NCBI GenBank assembly: GCA_046484245.1
Contig: JAWOBN010000091.1
Location: forward strand, 1 to 19,955
Reading direction: 5' to 3'
DNA length: 19,955 nucleotides
Source of the DNA: a bacterium
GTDB lineage: Bacteria > Hydrothermota > 32-111
The position numbers were made by a program, and so were the translations under genes. The notes below the pieces were generated by a model. The model saw only the letters and a list, made by a program, of their open reading frames with translations. It did no database searches and was not told the origin of the DNA. Each line of letters opens with the position of its first letter. Positions within the stretch are counted from its first letter, which is position 1. Of the stretch, positions 1-6,369 are shown piece by piece.

Positions 1-55
1 GGTTATAAGGGTCAGCGGATTTGCCGCTTTCTCAGCCTTCAGGCTCCCCTGTTAT
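1..55 (-). ncRNA. TPP (thiamine pyrophosphate) riboswitch aptamer, 5' half; the rest lies beyond the window edge
   Basis: Minus strand reads ATAACAGGGGAGCC-TGAA-GGCTGAGA-AAGCGG-CAAAT-CCGCT-GACCCT-TATAACC. This gives P2 (AGGG/CCCT), P3 (AGCC/GGCT), the conserved CTGAGA motif, P3a (AGCGG/CCGCT) and the GACCC...AACC lead into P4, in the order known for the THI-box. Confidence 0.9.
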
Positions 56-64
56 GTATATATA

Positions 65-92
65 ATTAAATCACTTTCAGTGATTATGTCAA
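65..92 (-). promoter_or_regulatory. Putative sigma70-type promoter for the TPP riboswitch leader
   Basis: Perfect TTGACA at 92-87. The best -10 is TGa-TTTAAT at 70-65 (16-nt spacer), but it is ambiguous in an AT-rich tract. The predicted start (~58) falls just upstream of the aptamer. Confidence 0.55.
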
Positions 93-119
93 TAGCATCA
101 TACCGTAAAATAATGTTAA

Positions 120-3100
120 TTACTCTTTATTCATTTCCCCGAGCAATTCATCAACTGCGCGTTTGAGCTGTGAATCCTGATTGTCCCTCACATCTTCCGG
201 CGGATTGTCAACAAATATATCCGGCTCTGTGGGGTTATTCTCCAGATTCATACCTTCATAATCATAAACTCCAAGAGCAGGAATTCTGTAGAATGTTCCG
301 TCAAAGAGCTCGGTATTGTATGTGCCTATCACTCCGCCGGCTGTCGGTATCCCTATAATCGTTCCTATGCCGAGCTGTTTGAATACTGACGGGAACATCT
401 CCGCATTGGAGAATGACCCCTCATTGATAAGCATTGCGACAGGTTTATTCCAAGTGAGCAGAGGTGTTGACTGTTTCACATCATCGTATCTGCCGTATTT
501 ATAGAGATGGGACTGTCTGGAGAAAAATGTTATATAGTAATCATAGGAGAATCCGCCTCCATTATTCCTGATATCAAGTATTAATCCTTCCTTACCTGCA
601 TTCTCAAAGAGAATCTTATCCTGGAACTTCCAGAAATCCCTGTTGCCCATTGACCGTATATGTATATAGCCGATTCTGCCATTACTCAGAGAATCAACGA
701 GGAATCTCCTCCTCTTTACCCAGGACTCATATAATCTCGCATATCTGTCCCACATACCGTCAGGAACAATATCATACAGTTCGGCTTTGCCTCCGGGCCT
801 CCCGGATATTCCCAGCCTGACCCTTTTGCCATTCTTATCCAGGAGATACTTCTCCGGAACTGTATTTTTTATGTCATTGCCGTCAATACTGATAATATAA
901 TCACCTTCACGTGCATTGATATTGCTCTTGTCCATGGGACCGCCCGGATAGATGCGTGTTATGCGGGGATAACCGCCATCCTCTTTATAGTCAATGCCTA
1001 TATTACTGTAATCAAGATAATCATTACTGCGCCTTGAGAAAGAGAGATGCGATGCATTGAGATCACCGAACATCCTGTAGATTATACTGCTCAATGAACT
1101 GAAGTCCTCTGCATGTTCAACGAGGGGCCTGTACCTCAGTCTTATGCTGTCCCAATTGCTCCCGTGAAATTCCTTATCGTAAAAATAATCATTCAAAATG
1201 AGCCATGCCTCATCATACAGTTCAAGGAAATGATTCTGCCTCTCCACATTGATTTTAGCAGAGAACGGATACATGGAGGGCGGGCTTCCGATATCAGCAG
1301 CCATCAAACGGTCGTTTGATATAAAATATATCTTACTGCCGGACGGACTGATATCAGCAGCAGCAATCCTCTCTGTTTCAAATAGGTATTCCGGTTCATA
1401 GTCAAAAACACCGCTTTGGGGCACTGACTTTATCTTGTAGAATTTGTCCTTATTATCCTCTCTCTCTACAGTAATAATAAAGGTTCTGTCAGGTGACTGC
1501 AGTGCAAGTATTATATTATCATTATCGCCCATATTATGCCTTCTATCATAAATACCGTCATAATCAATATCCCTGTCTTCTGTAATACTGTCCATTTCCT
1601 GAGGGAATCTCTTGAAACTGCTTTCAGGCTTACTGAGATCTATATACTGCATTACAGTGTAGTATTCAAGGCGTTCAATATTTGTTGTATATATTATGTA
1701 GAGCCGTTTGCAGTCATTTGAAAACATAACGGGGTTGGCTGTGAATCCGGTCTGAGTTATCCTCTCTGTCTGCCTGTTCTTTCTGTCATATACATATATA
1801 TTGTCCACTGAATACGACTGTCCGTCCCTGTTCATCTTGGAATAGGCAATATATCTGTGATGGGGTGAAATAACAGCATTATGTATTGTACCATCAGCAA
1901 TCTTCTCTGACCTGTTCTTCTCATATATATAGAGGCCCTCCGGAGTCGTATATACTAATGTTTTATCATATCTCCCTGTCTCTTCATCAGACACCAGTTC
2001 AATATCCTCCGGCAGTTCAGTGTCAGTTATCTGCCTTATATCTCCTGTTGTATCAGCAAGGTATATATCAAAATACCTGTTTCTATTGGAGGTAAAATAG
2101 AAATGGGTTGAATCAATGAAATGCGCATCCCTGTCCCAGTCTATTGTATCAGTGATATTTATATTGACTATCTCGGGATAGTATGCAAATATCTCACCGA
2201 ATGCATTGACAAGAAGCAGTGAATCATTGACAGGTGAAACAGCAAAGCCCTTCACCTTCCCTATTGTCTTTCTCTCCTCTTGAGGCTGATATCTGTCAGG
2301 CATGATCTCAATTTCTATTTTCTCCGGCTCCTCTCCTGCCTGCATTGCATATAATTCAAATGCCTTCTCAAAAACAATTGTTTTCCCTTCACTGTCAATT
2401 GTAAATGCATTGATGTTCTCCTCAAATCTCGTGAGCGGCTGCTCCCTGCCCGTATCAATATTCTTGACATGTATATTGTAATAACCATCCCTCGCAGAGA
2501 GGAAATACACATTACTTGAGCGTATAAAGGGTGAAGTCTCCTGATAATCATTATCCGTGAGTTTCCTGACAGGTGTATTCTCACTCATATCCTTTATGAA
2601 TATATCATAATCAGCACTGCCTCTGTACTTGTATCTGTATGAACTCATCCTCCCGTCAATATAGACAATCGTATTATCCAGGCGGTCCATTGAGCGTGCC
2701 GGACCGTAGAAATACTGCTCCGGGATTCCGCCTTCAATATCAACACTGTAGCAGAATGTGCCGTAATCCCTGTATGATGACTGAAACACCAGTTCATCAC
2801 CCTCAAAGAACAAGGGATAGTCATAATAAGAGCCGAATGTGAGCTGGCGGATGGATTTATCCTCCACATTCATTAAAAAGATCTTCCTCTGGACATTATT
2901 CCTGTCACTTGTAAAAGCAATATACCTGTTGTCTTCACTGATAACAGCATTGCCGTCATAACCGGGATTGACAGTGAGCTGCAGTGCTGTTCCGCCTTCA
3001 GCGCTTACACTGTAGAGGTCATTGTTGAACCTGAATACAATGTAATCACCATCCGGGGAAATAACAGGGTCATGATAGAGCCCGGCATTGATATCTATTA

Positions 3101-3140
3101 TTACTATTATGAAAATTACGAATATAAGAAATCTCTTCAC
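120..3140 (-). CDS. Tricorn-like S41 family peptidase (signal peptide, PD40/beta-propeller repeats, PDZ domain, S41 catalytic domain), ~1006 aa
   Basis: Start moved to GTG at 3140 because AGGAGG lies 6 nt upstream and MKRFLIFVIFIIVIIDINA reads as a signal peptide. Motifs: ISPDGDYIVF, AFTSDR, LNASH, PDZ-like IYPGGPMD..GDYIISIDG, IGYIHIRSM, LILDIRNNGGG, SFSNAE (catalytic Ser region), TAGGVIG, LENNPTEPDI, DSQLKRAV. Confidence 0.92.
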   Translation of the reverse strand: MKRFLIFVIFIIVIIDINAGLYHDPVISPDGDYIVFRFNNDLYSVSAEGGTALQLTVNPGYDGNAVISEDNRYIAFTSDRNNVQRKIFLMNVEDKSIRQLTFGSYYDYPLFFEGDELVFQSSYRDYGTFCYSVDIEGGIPEQYFYGPARSMDRLDNTIVYIDGRMSSYRYKYRGSADYDIFIKDMSENTPVRKLTDNDYQETSPFIRSSNVYFLSARDGYYNIHVKNIDTGREQPLTRFEENINAFTIDSEGKTIVFEKAFELYAMQAGEEPEKIEIEIMPDRYQPQEERKTIGKVKGFAVSPVNDSLLLVNAFGEIFAYYPEIVNINITDTIDWDRDAHFIDSTHFYFTSNRNRYFDIYLADTTGDIRQITDTELPEDIELVSDEETGRYDKTLVYTTPEGLYIYEKNRSEKIADGTIHNAVISPHHRYIAYSKMNRDGQSYSVDNIYVYDRKNRQTERITQTGFTANPVMFSNDCKRLYIIYTTNIERLEYYTVMQYIDLSKPESSFKRFPQEMDSITEDRDIDYDGIYDRRHNMGDNDNIILALQSPDRTFIITVEREDNKDKFYKIKSVPQSGVFDYEPEYLFETERIAAADISPSGSKIYFISNDRLMAADIGSPPSMYPFSAKINVERQNHFLELYDEAWLILNDYFYDKEFHGSNWDSIRLRYRPLVEHAEDFSSLSSIIYRMFGDLNASHLSFSRRSNDYLDYSNIGIDYKEDGGYPRITRIYPGGPMDKSNINAREGDYIISIDGNDIKNTVPEKYLLDKNGKRVRLGISGRPGGKAELYDIVPDGMWDRYARLYESWVKRRRFLVDSLSNGRIGYIHIRSMGNRDFWKFQDKILFENAGKEGLILDIRNNGGGFSYDYYITFFSRQSHLYKYGRYDDVKQSTPLLTWNKPVAMLINEGSFSNAEMFPSVFKQLGIGTIIGIPTAGGVIGTYNTELFDGTFYRIPALGVYDYEGMNLENNPTEPDIFVDNPPEDVRDNQDSQLKRAVDELLGEMNKE

Positions 3141-3166
3141 AAAAAACCTCCTGAATAATACATAGA

Positions 3167-3194
3167 ATAATACCATATAACTCCATCTTTTCAA
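3167..3194 (-). promoter_or_regulatory. Putative sigma70-type promoter of the S41 peptidase gene
   Basis: TTGAAA (3194-3189), 16-nt spacer, then extended -10 TGg-TATTAT (3172-3167), ~27 nt upstream of the GTG start. Confidence 0.55.
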
Positions 3195-3232
3195 TAAAAA
3201 CCTATCTCATATCGGAAAAGATCCCTTATACC

Positions 3233-3394
3233 TCCAAATCCCGGGTCCGGTAGTTGCATAGGTTGCAGAACTAATATCACTTATTCTATGGAATCTGATT
3301 CAAATAGAAGATAACATTAGTTAATTATCAATTTATAAGATGCTTAAGTTGTTTTTTTGTGCAACCTATGCAACTACCGGACCTGGGATTTGGA
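3233..3394. repeat. 162-bp inverted-repeat element (MITE- or REPIN-like) with 35-bp arms
   Basis: 3233-3267 (TCCAAATCCCGGGTCCGGTAGTTGCATAGGTTGCA) is the reverse complement of 3360-3394 at 34 of 35 positions; the exception is G3243/T3384. The arms enclose a 92-nt AT-rich core. The repeat is directly visible; mobility is inferred. Confidence 0.85.
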
Positions 3395-3424
3395 CATAAA
3401 ACGTGTATCTTGGACCTTGGTTCA

Positions 3425-3448
3425 GGGTTCAAATTGTTGAACCCCTAC
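3425..3448 (-). repeat. GTAG-family REP (repetitive extragenic palindrome) copy
   Basis: Minus strand reads GTAG-GGGTTCAA-CAAT-TTGAACCC: a GTAG foot followed directly by a perfect 8-bp stem with a 4-nt loop, the architecture of RAYT/TnpA(REP)-associated REPs. Confidence 0.7.
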
Positions 3449-3506
3449 GAATATATCGTAATGCGTTATGCGTAATAAGAGAGCAAAGAGAGCGAGGGTG
3501 GATAAG

Positions 3507-3540
3507 GAGATTGCCGCGTCGCTACGCTCCCGGCAAGGAC
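3507..3540. repeat. REP-like imperfect palindrome GAGATTGCCGCGTCGCTACGCTCCCGGCAAGGAC
   Basis: GC-rich island in AT-rich DNA. TTGCCG (3511-3516) pairs with CGGCAA (3531-3536), with an inner CGT/ACG stem. From memory it resembles the dispersed GAGATTGC...CGCAATGAC palindrome type; not verified. Confidence 0.55.
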
Positions 3541-4015
3541 GAATCGTTGTGTGTTTTGCGTAATTTGGAGCGTATAGACCTAATAGACAGCATAGGAAAA
3601 GATTGACCATTAACCATTGACCCGGCGGCAGCTGGTCTTTCCTTTACCTTTAATCTTTTCTCTCATTCACGAAACACACGAATCACACGGTTCTTGGCAG
3701 GATATTCACATTGACTATTGACCTATCTCAGTACTATTGACTTGCCCATAACCCTGTTCTTATTATCTAAAATAAACTGGACTCCGGATTTGCTGAGGGT
3801 GTAGGGTGTATTGGGTTATCCCTGTCTTTGCCTCTATATTTTCAATTTTTCTGCTTGTTATTTTAAATATTGTACATAGGGGTCTTCAGGTATGTGGGTG
3901 TATATTCGGTTTATTTCAGGGGATAAGGGTTTACTCCCCTGTTTATGCTCCCTGCTTGTTCCGCCTTATAATGAGAGAACTGTTTTTACAGAATCAATAT
4001 ATTTGAAATTATCAC

Positions 4016-4043
4016 TTGACAAGTGTCCTAAAAACAATAAAAT
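4016..4043 (+). promoter_or_regulatory. Putative sigma70-type promoter of the rpmH operon
   Basis: TTGACA (4016-4021), 16-nt spacer, TAAAAT (4038-4043). An AGGAGG ribosome-binding site follows at 4085-4090. Confidence 0.65.
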
Positions 4044-4095
4044 AATACTTCAATTAAATATAAGTAATATTTTTAGTAAAGGCCAGGAGGCTCGT

Positions 4096-4245
4096 ATGAA
4101 ACCGACATATAATCCAAGCAAACGCAAGAGAAGCAGGAAACACGGATTCAGATCCAGAATGAAGACAAAAAACGGCAGGAAGATCATTGCCAGCAGAAGG
4201 AAGAAGGGTAGGAAAAGGCTCTCTGTATCACATCCCAAGGTATGA
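4096..4245 (+). CDS. rpmH: 50S ribosomal protein L34 (49 aa)
   Basis: [43 protein letters not shown] is the L34 signature. ATG at 4096 is preceded by AGGAGG; the ORF-track start at 3892 is too far upstream. Confidence 0.98.
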   Translation: MKPTYNPSKRKRSRKHGFRSRMKTKNGRKIIASRRKKGRKRLSVSHPKV

Positions 4246-4580
4246 ATATAGTGGGGAATACCCCTGTACTTAAAGGCAGATTGTTAAAAAGTGTTTTTAA
4301 CAATCCTTTTCATGTATCAGGGTCTTACATTACAGTGTTATGCAAAAGACATAGCAGCCGTTATGCTGCCTTCACAGTAAAGAAACATACTGTCAGAACA
4401 AAGGTGCAGAGAAACCACCTCAAGAGAATCATGAGGGAAGCATACAGACTGACAGAGAATGCCTATCCTGACAGAGGGCTGTTCTTCTTCATAGGAAAGG
4501 CAGATCCGGAGAGTATTGAATTCTCCGCATTGATTGAGGAATTCAGTAAATTGGGGAAAAGGGTCAATGAGATTTATTAA
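4242..4580 (+). CDS. rnpA: Ribonuclease P protein component
   Basis: [24 protein letters not shown] matches the RNR motif. It sits between rpmH and yidD, with an ATGA overlap with rpmH. Confidence 0.9.
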   Translation: MNIVGNTPVLKGRLLKSVFNNPFHVSGSYITVLCKRHSSRYAAFTVKKHTVRTKVQRNHLKRIMREAYRLTENAYPDRGLFFFIGKADPESIEFSALIEEFSKLGKRVNEIY

Positions 4581-4785
4581 TGCAATCTTTATAGCAGTAA
4601 TCTCCCTGTATCAGAAAGCAATATCCCCCTTTACACCGAGGACATGCCGTTTCTATCCCACATGTTCACATTATTCACTGGAAGCATTCAAAACCTATAA
4701 TCCGGTCAAGGCAATGGGACTGTCCATCTGGAGAATACTGAGATGCAATCCATTCCACCCGGGCGGATATGATCCGCTGAAATGA
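4567..4785 (+). CDS. yidD: Membrane protein insertion efficiency factor YidD (72 aa)
   Basis: [32 protein letters not shown] motifs. Start placed at ATG 4567 on typical length and the GGGG upstream. Confidence 0.95.
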   Translation: MRFINAIFIAVISLYQKAISPFTPRTCRFYPTCSHYSLEAFKTYNPVKAMGLSIWRILRCNPFHPGGYDPLK

Positions 4786-4797
4786 AGGAGATAATTT

Positions 4798-6369
4798 ATG
4801 AATAATAACACAAAACTGCTTATTATGTTTGTTCTTGTTATTGGAATATTCTTTTTCTATTCGCAGTTCAATACACCAGCTCCTCCTCCAGAGGAACCTG
4901 CTGTATCTGCAGAAGATACAACTGCTCCGGACAGTTCAGAGATATCAGAGGGCAGAATTGCTGATGAGGTTATGGAGGAGAATATATCCAAGACAGAGAT
5001 AATCAGTTCCGATACATCCACCATTGAATTTGAAACAGATTTTATCAAGGGTTCTATCTCAACACTGTCAGGAGGATTCACGGATATAGTCCTCAAGGAA
5101 TACAAATCAAATGGTGATTCCACACTCCATATAATACCCAAAGGCAAACCCGCAATGACAATCTCCGTCAAGAATGACAGGGGTGTGTTCACATGCGACA
5201 ATGACAATTATACTGTTGTCTATGAAGGCAATTTAAATCCCGTGATAAGAGAGGACTCTCTGGTCCTGCAGCTGGAAACAGACAGCATAATCATAAGAAG
5301 AACATACATATTCCGGGACAGCTCGTATCTCATAGGTCACAAGATAACAAGCAACAGAGCGTGGAATGAGGTTATATATTCCATGCCTGAGGGCATCAAT
5401 GTCACTGAAGAGAATATAAAAGATGATTTGGGATACTTTGCAGTCAATGCATTCAGTAATGAGAATCTGATCAGGAAGAAACACAAGGAGACAAAGGACA
5501 CTATTGCACTGACAGGTGATTATGAATGGATGGGGCTGCAGTCCAAATATTTCTTTACCGGCATTATTGCAGACGGAAGCGGGTTTGAAGCATACGGCAA
5601 GGATGACGGCAGGATAGGCGCTAAATTCTATATTGAAGACAGCCGCATCAGCTTCTACACAGGACCCATTGATTATGAGATACTGAGTCAGTATGACAAT
5701 GGCATGGACAAGCTTGTCAATTTCGGATGGTCATGGATCACACCGATAAGCAAGGTGATACTGAAGATACTGTCCGGTATTCACAGTATTGTCCCCAATT
5801 ACGGTTTTGTCATAATGACCTTTGCATTCCTCTTCATACTGATATTCTCACCCCTTACATTCAAGAGTTACTACTCAATGAGAAAGATGCAGATGATACA
5901 GCCCAAGATCAATGAACTCAAGAAGAAGTATGAGAAGGATCCCCAGAAGCTCAATCAGGAAACAATGAAACTCTATAAGGACAATAATGTCAATCCATTC
6001 ACAGGATGTCTCCCACTGTTCATTCAAATGCCTGTATTCTTCGCATTGTATGCCATATTGAGGACCACTATAGAGCTCAGGGGGGCGCCATTCATTTTCT
6101 GGATACAGGATCTATCTGCCAAAGACCCCTATTTCATTCTGCCCATACTGACAGGTCTTACAATGTTTGTATCCCAGAAATTCTCTGCAACAGACAATTC
6201 ACAGAAAATGCTTATATATACAATGCCTGTCATTATGACAGTATTCTTCCTCAATTTTCCGTCAGGCATTGTCATTTACTGGTTTACATACAATCTGCTG
6301 TCAATTGTTCAGCAGTATATAATCAGAAAAAGGATAAACAATCAAACAGCTGAGGCACAAAATGAATAA
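4798..6369 (+). CDS. yidC: Membrane protein insertase YidC (long form with extracytoplasmic domain)
   Basis: N-terminal TM anchor, large soluble domain (WMGLQSKYF, FYTGP), then NYGFVI, SMRKMQMIQPKINELKKKY, NPFTGCLPLFIQMPVFFALY, WIQDLS..DPYFILP, FPSGIVIYW. AAGGAG RBS. Confidence 0.97.
   Translation: MNNNTKLLIMFVLVIGIFFFYSQFNTPAPPPEEPAVSAEDTTAPDSSEISEGRIADEVMEENISKTEIISSDTSTIEFETDFIKGSISTLSGGFTDIVLKEYKSNGDSTLHIIPKGKPAMTISVKNDRGVFTCDNDNYTVVYEGNLNPVIREDSLVLQLETDSIIIRRTYIFRDSSYLIGHKITSNRAWNEVIYSMPEGINVTEENIKDDLGYFAVNAFSNENLIRKKHKETKDTIALTGDYEWMGLQSKYFFTGIIADGSGFEAYGKDDGRIGAKFYIEDSRISFYTGPIDYEILSQYDNGMDKLVNFGWSWITPISKVILKILSGIHSIVPNYGFVIMTFAFLFILIFSPLTFKSYYSMRKMQMIQPKINELKKKYEKDPQKLNQETMKLYKDNNVNPFTGCLPLFIQMPVFFALYAILRTTIELRGAPFIFWIQDLSAKDPYFILPILTGLTMFVSQKFSATDNSQKMLIYTMPVIMTVFFLNFPSGIVIYWFTYNLLSIVQQYIIRKRINNQTAEAQNE

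Larger units (their letters stand above)
3409..3810. repeat. Patchwork of short 7- and 9-nt tandem repeats of different sequence types
   Basis: CTTGGAC-CTTGGTT (3409-3422); CGTAATG-CGTTATG-CGTAATA (3457-3477); AGAGAGCAA-AGAGAGCGA (3478-3495); ATAGACCTA-ATAGACAGC-ATAG (3574-3595); ATTGACC-ATTAACC-ATTGACC (3602-3622); CACGAAACA-CACGAATCA-CACG (3668-3689); ATTGACT-ATTGACC (3710-3723) plus ATTGACT (3736-3742); AGGGTGT-AGGGTGT (3796-3809). Confidence 0.75.

Noticed and set aside
94..121. dif site (TAATGTTAATT resembles a XerD arm)
   Set aside because: Two mismatches to TTATGTTAAAT and no XerC arm at the 6-nt spacing, in AT-rich sequence.
3141..3194. ORF-track TTG start at 3194 for the S41 protease
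   Set aside because: That TTG is the predicted -35 box. The RBS and signal peptide support GTG 3140.
3261..3330. Integron attC site in the inner hairpin
   Set aside because: The ends (GCAGAAC ... GTTAATT) do not fit RYYYAAC/GTTRRRY, there is no cassette ORF, and the tyrosine recombinase shows no IntI-type insertion.
3403..3610. Opposed small ORFs 3403-3606 (+) and 3422-3610 (-)
   Set aside because: They translate the repeats themselves (e.g. VGVQQFEP is the GTAG REP, CRERSDAAIS the second palindrome), have no clear RBS and show no recognisable protein motif.
3233..3810. CRISPR array
   Set aside because: No 23-47-nt direct repeat recurs at regular spacing, the long repeat is inverted, and there are no cas genes in the window.
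3806..4095. ORF 3806-4006 and the 68-aa N-terminal extension of rpmH from 3892
   Set aside because: The predicted promoter (4016-4043) and the AGGAGG RBS point to ATG 4096, and L34 similarity starts there.
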